From Auanema rhodensis (taxonomy: Eukaryota > Animalia > Nematoda): a stretch of DNA of 64,000 nucleotides. The stretch spans positions 5,642,001 to 5,706,000 of the forward strand of contig OZ059894.1 in NCBI GenBank assembly GCA_964057225.1. The letters run 5' to 3'. Under the pieces are notes generated by a model. That model saw only the letters and a list, made by a program, of their open reading frames with translations, had not been told where the DNA came from and ran no database searches. Made by a program: the position numbers and the translations under genes. Positions 13,801-25,033 of this stretch are shown one piece after another. Each line of letters starts with the position of its first letter. Positions within the stretch are counted from its first letter, which is position 1.

Positions 13801-16753
13801 CAGATATTTTTACGATATTATTGAAACATTTTTGCAAGTTAAACATAGATTACTACTAAATGAATGATGAATATTTGTAAATCAGAGAATTTGGTGAGTT
13901 GGGATAGTTCCCGTTTTGCTTTTACATCTGCACTAATTCTGTAGAAAACATTAGTTAGAGTTTGGAGATGAATAAATTCTTTGCACATTCATCAATTAAA
14001 CAGTTAAGAAATATGAATATACAAGTACAATGATTCAGCTTATATCAAAAAATATATTTTGCTTTTATCCATTGATTTTTACCGAAGGTTTTATTGATGT
14101 TTAGTTTAAAAAACCATTATGTTTTCCAAAAATAAATAGAAGTAATAGTAGAATATTAATTTTTTTCTCCATGATATTTTTCAAGCAAGAAAAATAGTCA
14201 GCTATCTGAGAAATGAAGAAAGTTTTGATCAGAACAAAAAACATTTATTTAATATCATTCTATCTATTTTATTTACGAAGAACATGTAAATGCGCACATC
14301 TTCCGTTTCTAACGAATTCTGCCTTTTCACACAAATTTTCCGTTGCTACCTTCATACAATATTTTCTTTCTAACTAAGTTAATTCGACAACCTTGCAAAT
14401 GAATAAAAGGAGGAAGATGATAAAACTAGCATGAATTTAGCATCTCAATTGTTTTCATAAAATATTACTCAATTTTCCAAATCAATTCACATAAACAAAA
14501 ATTTTAACAAAATATAGCTGCACTTAATCATAAGTAAGGAAGATGATGACTTAGAACATTGAAAAGAAAGTTTACGGATATTCAATACATTGACATTTTT
14601 TTGTTGTCAATAGTCTCTAGAGAAAAAAAGATTTTAAAAATATAAATTTTATAGAACTAAAAAATATACCCAATTAGAAAAAATATAAACTAAAAACAAT
14701 CATGGATGATTAAGCTTAAAGCAAAAAAAATTAAGTTTTTATCAAATTTTCCCCAAAAATAAATAATTAGTTTCCCAAAAAATGCAAAAAAAAATGTTAA
14801 ATTTATGCCATAAACAAAAATCCGTAACCTTACGTATGCGTCAACGAAAAGATGAAAGTTTGGAAAATTCATTGAAGTGTGTCGAAGAAGCATTTTGATG
14901 CCATCTTTCTAAGAAACTTCGGGATTAATTAACTTTTCCTTATTATATTTCATTATAACTAAAATATGAAGCATTAAATTATATAAAATGACCTCTGGTT
15001 TGTATAAACTATCACGTTGTTAAAAAAAAGCCGTTTTACATCAAAAATACATGAATATTTTGAAACTCAAAGATAATCTTAATTGACCAAGATATGCTGG
15101 GAAAAACCAAGTAAAATGGAGATGAATGAAAAAGATGATGTAGTCATTAAATAACTGATAGAACGAGGTAAAGAAAAACCGCTTTCAAAGAGAAATAGAG
15201 CCGTGGCAACGAATATGAATATAAATATTTAGATATATAGAGGATACTTCATACTATGATCATCAGCATTTATTTCGGATTTTTTTCTTTTTTATGTGGA
15301 CAATTAATGAACGAACATGCATTCGGAAATGCATGACATTGATCATGGAAAGCTGAACCTTGAGCCGAGATTGACTAGGCATATCCTACTCCTCCTACAT
15401 ACGAAGGAACGAGCACAAGCTGTATCTGGGCAGCACAATATGCTTTTAAGATTGTTAAGTCACCTGATGAAGTTTTATCAAATATAATGTTGCACTATAA
15501 AAATGAAAAGAAGTTAAAATGCTCAAACGAAAGTTAGATTTTGCAACTAAAATGAACAAACAATCATATTTTGAGAGAAAGCTGCAGATGTCGTTTTTGA
15601 CTCGAACATCTTTCTGTTTCGGGTCTTCAGTGGTGGTCTCTTCACGATCTGAGAAATATGAGGGATGACTACGAAGCTAAGAAGGAGAAAGAAGAAAAAT
15701 AGAAGAAAAAATAAAACAACCAAACCTTCATATCAATGGTGTTGTGCAGTGGCATGCTTAGAGCAGTCCAATACCCTGATACACATGTACATATATCTAA
15801 AATGAGCGATCAGCTATTGTATCAAATCTTCATAGTAGGTTTTCATTCAAAATCTGAATATAGCACGAACACCAAGATTTAAAAAAAAATATTGTCAATT
15901 TAGTTAGCATCGTGTTGACTTATCAGATGGATAACTGATGAGGATAAATACGTTCAGCTTGATAGTTGAAGTCCTTTTTGAAAAGACTACTTTTCATGTT
16001 TGGCTTAAGATGATCGAGTATCAGAAAAGACTTTTCGATGTGTCAATGGTTTCGCTTCATAATCGACTTGGCTTTTCAAGTCATCACATCTCCAGGGATC
16101 TGCTTCTTAGTCTTCTTCAGACCTTACTTCCTGGCGTGCTTCATACTTTGGACATAATTTGGACTATGAACTAGAAATAGACAGGAGAGTATATAACAAA
16201 CGCAGCAATTAAAAGAGAAAGAAAAAAGTGAAACATGAGCCTAGATTTGCTTTATCCTTTGTATTTGGCAACTCTTTTTAGTATTCTAATACGAAATATA
16301 AAGATGGAAAATAAGTTTAGAACTGACATATCCTTTAAATACAACCGCTCTCGACAGACTGATGAGCAACAAGGCAGAATTTGTTGTTTAGCGTGGACAT
16401 CTCCGGCTTTCACGCAACATTTTTTCAGAATACAAAGCAAGAAAAAAAGGAAATTAGCTTTTGGTGTAGGTTTTATTTTATTTTATATACACGAATCAGA
16501 ACCTAAATCTTTCGCCTCAAAAAAGTTGATAAACTTATTCTGTTTTTCAAATTATCTATGTGCCAAATAATTAAACCAATGAATCGAATTTCACATTAAA
16601 ACTACAATATCGTTGTTTGTTGTTTACAAGCGCAAGTTTCGACAATATCGTAGGAAAAAATGAGTTATATACTAAAACTAAGTTTATTCATCAATATTTG
16701 CATTTTATTTATAATTCAATTCTTTCAGTGTAAATTCTACATGTTACTTAATA

Positions 16754-17662
16754 ATGTCTGATGATGTTCTGGGGAATGAAATTATATCAAGTGATATAGT
16801 AAGCATATACAAATATAAAGCTAACAAAATCACATGGTACAGGTTGGGCAAGCTGTAACAGTCGTCGTACAAGGTGTTAATATTTACGCTGATTTTTGTG
16901 AATCTTTATTTACAAATTTGGTCAATTCACTGAATAAGTCTAGCATTGTCTTGAATGAAACAATTATTATTATCATGGATGCTGTTGGATGGCTTTTATC
17001 TATCCCTTTCACAATCCTCACAACCATTTTTAAAATAGTTAATTTTGGTTTAACTATTATTTTCGCTCCGTTATGGTTCGCCCATGCTTTATTTCTAAGA
17101 TTTCCTATAATCAGTACTTTTTTTATTCTTTCTTTTATTCTTTCATGGATACTATTTCGGCAGATTACTAAGCAATCGATTATTCATTACTTCTTATATA
17201 CTGTCGTGCCATATGGAGTATCTATTTTCTACACTGTTGTCGGCATCTTCTTTCCTCAACTGGGCATAGTCAGTCAACTTTTTAAATTGTTATTTCATCC
17301 CATTAACACTCTCCTGGATCTCATAGTGAAAATAACACGCAGAGCTGAGCCAATCCGAGATACAGTAAGACTTTTTTCACCCCCTCGCCAAAAAAATCAA
17401 CAGCTCAACAGGTATATTAAGATTACGAATATATCATGCTATAATTTATCGTTTTCCCAGCAATGAATTTCGGCAAGAAGAGAGAAACAAATTAAGAATC
17501 CAATGTTGTGTCTGTATATTTGCTGAGAAAAACGTACTAATTCGACCATGCAATCATGTTTGTTTGTGTGAATCATGCTTAAATGTTATCTTGAGACAAT
17601 CTGTTCCTAGATGTCCCGTTTGCCGATGTGAAATTAAAGAGCACATGTCTGTTTTTTTATAG
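16754..17662 (+). CDS. RNF26-like multi-pass membrane protein with C-terminal C3HC4-type RING finger (E3 ligase), 3 exons
   Basis: ATG 16754 after tctttcag. The long hydrophobic exon (ORF 16834-17466) has several TM segments. Last exon: CCVCIFAEKNVLIRPCNHVCLCESC..CPVCRCEIKEHMSVFL*. Confidence 0.85.
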
Positions 17663-17711
17663 TTTTATTGTTTGATGTGCCTCATGATCTTCCTATTGAT
17701 AAATGTATCAA

Positions 17712-20700
17712 TTAGTAAACATAAAAGTCTGGATGCTTCCACATCCAGCATACGGGATAATTTGTTTTAGAGTACCGTGGTCGGGTGCATTTCACGTTTT
17801 CATCTTCTTCATAAGTTGGACTAGCAAAATTATCAGCTATAATTGTATTATGAATTATTAAATTGTTACGAAATAAACAAATTCTTACCCCCAACTACAA
17901 CCGAAGGTCTGTTAGCCAATAAATAATCGGCTCCACAATATCCACGATAAGGCGCACAATAGAACGGTCCCTAAATTAATATTCAAATGAATTATTTCGG
18001 TGTAGTTACCAATGCAGTAGCAGCAAATGGTGAGTTAGGACCGAACCAAGTTGTAATAGGTGAACCTTCTAAAAAAAATGAATAACTCAAAAATTTAAGT
18101 TTTTGTAAGTTTGTAAGTCTACGTTTTCTCCAAAGATTGAACACTTTAAGTTTAGGACAGCGTGTTTGAAAATCGTTTTTCCACATGTTATTCGTCACGA
18201 AATATCCAATAGGAACTGAATTTAAACCGTAATAACAGAAAAAAAAAGTTGATAGTACTCTTGTTTTCACGTTTCTTATCATATGACAGGATGCTTCTGT
18301 GATCTGCTTCATTAATACTGAAGCAAATGTATGAATTTTTATATACGAAAAATTTAAACCTGTACGAGTTTGTCGTTTGTATATATGTACTTACAGATCT
18401 TAAAAATTGGTTATTTTCATTTAAAACTACTTTCCGAGCCTGATTGAAGGCTGCCTAAACTATATGTTTAAACGTTTGATGTAGGACAAACATACGCTGA
18501 TGTTGCTAGGAGTATCTTTCCAAATCCAACAAAGTCTTCTGTTTACATTATCGTGATAGAAAGTATTATTTGGTATTGAGCGTACTTCCTCAGAATTTGA
18601 TGGATATAATTTATCGCCACCTACAAGAAAATTATTGAAGATTTTAATTAGTTACAGTATACTGTAACCTCCAACTTTAGAAAGGTATTCTCTTAATTCG
18701 TAGTTTGCCCCACAGTAACCTTTGCTGAAATAAAGTGTTATTCAGATATTCTACAGTGGAACATACCGAGGAGCACAATAGAAAGAACCAACCAACTCTG
18801 TGTTTGCAAGTTTTTCAGTAGTATCGATATATGACCATTTTTGAGTACTTTTACCTGATAAATTTGAAATCAAAAAAGAAAATATATAAATGATAACTTT
18901 GATAAATATTCATTAAAACCAAATTTGGACAACTTGACTTGATTCCTCCCCACATCTGTTTGGTTACGACAAACCCTACGAATTCTGAAATACCGATACA
19001 ATCAGTTATATATTCTTCAATCTTGTATCTTTGCTCTTTTTTCGGTTTTCAGCATGGAAATCTTAAGTTTAAAAAATTGGAAAAAGGTTTTTTTCTTCGC
19101 AACAACAACAGAATATTATTCTTGGCTTACTTTCTTTTGTATAAACATTTGAACAATGCTTATTGAAATCAAGGTGATATTGATGGAATATAAGAGCTGG
19201 ATAATAGGTTCTAGAAATTTTAGCAAATAATTATGAATTTTTTAAATCTAAATAACCTGCGAAGAACATTATCCATATGAAGTCTACCCAAAATTTTTTC
19301 ATTAACAATTTCTTCCCAAACTTCCTGAAAAAAATTGTTACTTATTGGTTGTGAAGTATAAAATACTATTTTGTACTGCTATTTACTGTAAGCATAATTA
19401 TTTTAGAATTTCGAACTATTGCGTCATTCAGAATTATGAACTTGTTTCAAAACCTACTTCTTGCGGTCGAGGTTTAGCTGTAGTTGTTGGAGCTGTAGTT
19501 GTCTTTTTCGTTGTCACTGTTGTACGAGTTGTACCTCGTGTAGTTGTAACCGGCACTCCAGTAGAAGGTTTAACTGTTGTTGTTACAGGAGTTCTGAAAC
19601 CCAGCCGTATGCATGAATATTAGGCTGAAAACATACACGATCGGAGTTGGAATAACAAAGTTTTGGTAAGCAAAGCCTTTAACAGGTGTGTAACAGAGTG
19701 TGCGATATCTAAAGAATAGTTCTGTATATGATTATTAAAGAGAGCAGGGTATACATACTTTTCATATTGGTTTCGTGGAAGCATGTAACCAACGTACGAA
19801 CCCAGTGCTTTATTATGTTTTGATTGCATTACAGCAGCAACTGGGCCATCCAAAGGTTTATAGGTAAAATCTTAAAAAGGATAAAATGATCCTAATAAAG
19901 ACTATATTCTATAAAAATACATACTTGATAAAGGGCTCCACCGAGCATAATCAATTTTATGTCCGGGTGGCATTTTCCAAGTTGATCCGTGATTGTATAA
20001 ACCTGTCCAAACCATTGTTTCCTGTGGTGCAAATCGTAACATGTATTCTATAAAATAGTTTCAAACGGAATTCAATTAAAGTTTACTTAGAGCAAGCTGA
20101 ATATCAGAATCACGATGAAATACAACCGCAGAGGCTTGACGATTAATACAGCTATTGTAGCCTTCTTGATATGTTTTAGCTATAAATCAGTATATAAGAA
20201 AGGCAATGAAATATTCAATAATCTACCATTCGGTTCCAGCAGGAAACATTTGTCGCCAACCATTTCGAATCCTTTATTACATTCTCCTTGTTCTGTAATT
20301 GGTATTTTTCACTTATTCTAAGAATGATTCTCACCTAGATAGCACAATTCGTAAAATGCGAAGTCGTAGTCTCCTTTTCCTAAACCCGCACGTGCTGCTT
20401 TGGCGTATAACTCTCTAGTAACTGTGTATTTCCGAGGTTCTTTGAATGGGAGAGGTACAAGACGATTAATACATCCGACTGGATCAAACCAATCATAGCT
20501 CAAACCCTGATTTCCTTTAAGGCATATCAACTGAAATTTACAAAAAATGCGATATAAATATGTATTTCTTATTATAATATTATGTTAACCTTATCAGGTA
20601 TGAAATACGTCGGATCAAGCAAAGACTCGCATGTATACTGAAGGATTTCCTCTGCAACGATAAGTTGTACCAAAAATTAAAAAAAACCCTTATTACTATA

Positions 20701-20850
20701 AGAAACATCGTATCTAGATTCAGATGCTACCACAAAAATATAAGGAAGCCATAAGAACGCCAGCAGTATATTCTGAAATATTCAATTTTGAGTCAATAGA
20801 TTGAAAGATAAAACTGTATATAATCAAGAGACACCTACCGTTTTGGACAT
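17712..20850 (-). CDS. Secreted protein: signal peptide, Cys-rich N-domain, divergent C-type lectin domain, Thr-rich mucin linker and two tandem DUF5648-like repeats; ~20 short exons; apparent 1-nt frameshift near 19040
   Basis: Signal peptide MSKTNILLAFLWLPYIFVVA. CTLD signature CNKGFEMVGDKCFLL..KTYQEGYNSC..WTGL..RTLC. Linker TPVTTTVKPSTGVPVTTTRGTT. Two repeats share CP.L...N, FYCAP..GYCGA.Y.L and CW.WK. The DUF5648 assignment is from remembered motif similarity only. Confidence 0.75.
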
Positions 20851-21152
20851 ATCCATGTGATATGTGTATGAATGCTAAATATCCAAAACATCTCGACCGT
20901 CATGATTCTCTTAACGATGTGAAATATAAATAAAAAAACAATAAAGGCATGTTTCAATTAGGTATCACATGTGAAATTATATATTTGATGAAATCTAAAT
21001 CAATTTATTGTTATTGATTAGTAATGTTGCTGATTAAATTGTACTTCTGAATATACAATACTAATAATAATACAAAATTATAATGATAATTACACTCAAA
21101 AATATTAATTCTACCATAATATGATACATAATGAATTTTGAAAATGAAAATT

Positions 21153-22640
21153 TTAGGTAGTTGATGTGTCGAATAGATAGACAGAGTTGATATACTGTAA
21201 ATGTTAAATTGAAAATGTGATATAGTATATGAGTAAACCTCTTCTGAATATTCGAGGCATGTTTTTGTATCATCTATTAATATTCAAATTGTGAAAAAAT
21301 CTTATTAGCATATTTTACCTATACTTCTCGCAGTTAATGCATCAGAACTATCTCCTATTGACTCCAAGGATGAAGCTAAAAATAAATATCTGTTTTTTCT
21401 TAATACCAATTGATAAAAGATGTTCTTAAAACCTCTATACTAACCACCTGAGGTTTTGAAAAAAGAATCTGATGATAATGACAATAGGCCCGAATTAGAT
21501 ACTAAATTAAATAAATTAGAAAAAAAGTTGTATCACTTCAAACACCTGACGTCGATGTAGCTTCTTTCTGATACATTCCAGCATCTAGAAAAAATATTGT
21601 TTTCATCGCACTGTCGAGCAACTGGAAGTCTTCAAACCGCATACCTTTTTGTTCACTCAGAGATGATCCTCTAAAATTAATAATAGAAATAGTGTTCAAC
21701 TACAAACAGTAAAACATTAATTTTTTAAGTTTTATAATTTTGATAAAATCAACTCACATTTTATCAATTTTTGTTAGAGATTCGATTGACAATGCCGTTT
21801 TAGCACATGCATCCGATAAACATATCTGAGCTCACAGCAATAAAACATAGTTTGTTTCGACATTGCAAAGCAAACAACTAAGCATTTATAATAAACTTAC
21901 ACTATCTTCAACGGATTTGGCAAAAAGCTTTGATGCATTTGATACGTTCCGAATAGCCGTATGAAGTACAGAACAGTTTTCAGTTAGCATTACAATTGTT
22001 GTTAATGCTTGATTCAAATGCAATTCACTTGATGACAGCTTTAAATAACAATTTCATTGATTATGTGTTTTTAATTAAATATAACTTACTTCCGATAGTA
22101 ATTTATATTCCTCAATACAATTGGAATGACTATTCTTACGACTGACCGAAGGTTTCTATGAAATAATATGAAGTAAAGTTAATGAAAATTAGTCAAAATG
22201 TTTTGTACAAATTAGAGGACAATCCCTAATGTTAACGTTGCAACGATAGTATCAAAAAGTTCAAAAGCACTGAAGTTAAACATACAATTGTTTCTCTAAT
22301 GCTAATCTCATCAGTGGCTATATTTGAATTTTCATTAAAGTCATGCTTGATCTACAAAACAATTATCGAGTTGTATTCGAAACATATAATGAAAATTGTT
22401 AAAACATTGTTAATTGCCTTATTCATTGGTACTGATGACTTATGTTCCGTTGAAGTCCCGTCTTTGATAGCTAATAAACGTTCGAGTACTTCAATTCTTT
22501 TCAATAGCTCATCCTATGAATAAAACAAGAAGTTTAAAAATATTTTCTATTCTGATTAAATGCATTTAATAATAATAAAAAATTAAAAGATATCTTACAA
22601 TTTCCACAAAATGTGTTGTATTCTTGTTCGGCGAATTCAT
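21153..22640 (-). CDS. Uncharacterised ~260 aa protein with short N-terminal coiled coil, Ser-rich C-terminus, ~11 exons
   Basis: Exons join in phase: MNSPNKNTTHFVEI|DELLKRIEVLERLLAIK..|IKHDFNEN..|KPSVSRK..|LSSSELHLNQALTTIVML..|ICLSDACAK..|..|YINSVYLFDTSTT*. No family recognised. Confidence 0.7.
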
Positions 22641-22743
22641 TTCATATGATCAACCGCTACGCACACTGAAAAAGCTTATAAATAAATTCACGTAAACAAT
22701 CAAATGACGTGATAAACTGAAATAGTTCAATACAATTGATTGT
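22641..22743. promoter_or_regulatory. Probable bidirectional promoter between the unknown gene and the MSP-domain gene
   Basis: 103 bp between divergent ATGs; contains TGACGT and a TGATAA GATA site near 22705-22715. Confidence 0.55.
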
Positions 22744-23399
22744 ATGTCTTCCGAAGAAAGCGGTCGTAAACCAACGGAAGAGCTTAACTTATCAATTGAG
22801 TTTCCACTTTTTCCCAGAGTATTTGAAGATTTACAAATAATTCCAAAAAGTTTTGAGGTCAATCTACTAAATAATTATGATGATTGTATTAAACTATTTA
22901 ATTTAATTAATTTTTTATAATGAATTTCAGATTAATGGCTTCGATGAGTTCACCGAGTATGTTCATTTGAAAAATCTATCAGAATGTGGAATTTTATATA
23001 AAGTAAATAAAACATATTGTTTAAATAATTTAAATCTGACAAATTTTATATTTCAGATTAAATGTACATCTAATTCACGAATTCGAATTGAAAATTGTTG
23101 TGATATTCTGATGCCGAGATCAGAAAGAAAAGTAAATCAAATATCAATTAAAAGATTTACTTGTTTCATTTCAGATAAAATTCCGAAAATATGTGAAATC
23201 AGAGCATGAAGATAAAATCTTGGTATTGTATAGCTTAGTTGGAAAACAGTGGTTAACTAAAAAGTCCAACGCGTTCAGGTAAATTAGTTGCTTTCTGAAT
23301 CTAGCACTATAGATATTTTTCGGATGCTGGGAGCGCATTAAAGCTAGAGATATTATAACAAAAAGCAAAGTTATAGATATTATATATAAGAAAGATTAG
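22744..23399 (+). CDS. Major-sperm-protein (MSP/VAP-type) domain protein, 5 exons
   Basis: MSSEESGRKP..LQIIPKSFE|INGFDEFTEYVHLKNLSECGILYK|IKCTSNSRIRIENCCDILMPRSERK|IKFRKYVKSEHEDKILVLY.. fits the MSP-fold pattern (L.I.P...L.N.S....YKIK.T..R.....IL.P....DK..V.Y). The last acceptor is ambiguous (see findings). Confidence 0.75.
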
Positions 23400-24254
23400 A
23401 ATATGAAGATTAAAAAATTAAATATCATTCAATAACACATAGTGGTTGATTGACGTAATTAGTTCTATTACAAACATGCATCTACTTTTAAAGTTTATTG
23501 GTTCACTTTCATAAGTTTATCCCTGATTAAGAAGCATAATTTGAGAACACTTATATGATAATGTTCTTATAGCTTCTAATACTACAAGGTTCTAAATAGA
23601 GTTTGATTTTAAGTTTTCAGTACAATGGTTGACAGATTATTAGATCATAGTTGTTTGCTTGTGTACTTGTTTTCAACTTTTTCTGCATTGATTTCAATGA
23701 TATTTTGATATTTTCTACTCAAGTAGGTATTTGTTGTGATTTTCATTTATAATTTTCAAAAGTTCAACGGTGCCGATAACTTCATTTATAACAATTACAA
23801 TTAAGTTTGAAAAATATTATTCTGTGAGAGATTTTGATGAAATCGTCCGGATACAGAAATGAAAAGAATGTGGAAGTTCGACAAGAACAACTGAGAATTC
23901 AAACTGAATTTGAATTAGAGGACTAGAGAGACCTCGTGGGCATCAAGTAAGGAAAAATTATGTTATAGAGTGTGGTATGTGAGAGCAAGAGAGAGGAGTA
24001 ATGGGTTCAAAGATTGAGAGAGAACAGGTGTATACCAGAGATAGAAATAAGAGATCTTCTGAATACTCGAACTAACTTTGAAAAAAAAGTTTGTTAGCTG
24101 ATTAGATAAGACAAATGACTGCCTATGGTTACGACAACGACAGAAAATTCAAAAGAAGGAAAATGAGTCGACGACGAGAACGCCGATGACGAAGATGACA
24201 ACGACGACGTCGATTGCGGCGACAGCTGACAATGATATTCGGATTCAGGCAGTC

Positions 24255-25033
24255 TTACTTTCGTCTTCCGAAAAACATGATGTTGCGTTCAAAGTCTTCT
24301 CTTTTGCCCATGGGAATGTTGTAATCAACAACAACACCTGAACCGGTGGAGCTGCGCTTTCCAAAAGCCATGATGTCACGATCGAACTATAATTTGGTAC
24401 ACATATAATTGAATTGTCATAACTATGCTTGTTGTTTTTTTTCAATTTGGAAATAAGAACATTTCAATTACTTACAGATCTTTTGCCGAAACTCATGATG
24501 TCACGATCAAAGCCGGGGGATCGTTTTCCGAAGGGCATCAAATTCCGCTCGAACTGAAATTAAGATTATTCATTACAACTCTCAGCTATTAAATTCAATT
24601 AACAAAAAAATAGAAACATAGAACTAACTTCGGATCTCTTTCCAAAAGACATGATATTACGGTCGAAACTATCAGATGACCGCTTACCAAAACTCATGAT
24701 ATCTCGACTGAAATCTCTCTTATCCGCAGAATCTGAAAAGAATAACTGAAAATACAACACCAAACTGATTTCAGTTAGAACTTGAAATAATAATATCAAG
24801 GAGATTTTCTCCATTATTCATAATTTATCAGTAACCATGAACAATAAATTTGTTGTAAACATTAAAAGTGCAAAATAGTATACAGATTCCAAGTTTTAAA
24901 TATGAAGTTGATTTTTTTTTATTGTTTGAAAAAAATTGAGAAAGAGTCCAAGAAAAACAAAGTCTTTTTTGAACCTACATGTCTCGGCGGCTACAGCAGC
25001 ACAGAAGGCCAATAGACAAATGGCAGCTTGCAT
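24255..25033 (-). CDS. nlp-13: Neuropeptide-like precursor NLP-13 (MSFamide family), 4 coding exons
   Basis: Signal peptide MQAAICLLAFCAAVAA. KR-flanked, Gly-extended peptides DFSRDIMSFG, SSDSFDRNIMSFG, SEFERNLMPFG, SPGFDRDIMSFG, SFDRDIMAFG, SSTGSGVVVDYNIPMG, EDFERNIMFFG-RRK*. Matches the C. elegans NLP-13 RDIMSFG motif. Confidence 0.95.

Noticed and set aside
3100-15300. Many 60-105 aa ORFs in the supplied track (F/L/I/K-rich)
   Set aside because: Composition is that of translated AT-rich non-coding DNA; no in-phase exon chains or family motifs.
22352-22417. Possible GC-AG intron (AAG|gcaatt) in the orphan gene
   Set aside because: An in-phase GT donor (AAT|gtttta) 12 nt downstream explains it, and GTTTT donors occur in ints-5.
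22650-22862. Minus-strand 70-aa ORF as an upstream exon of the orphan gene
   Set aside because: It is the antisense of MSP-domain exon 1, and the next minus-strand block has stops in all frames before the ATG.
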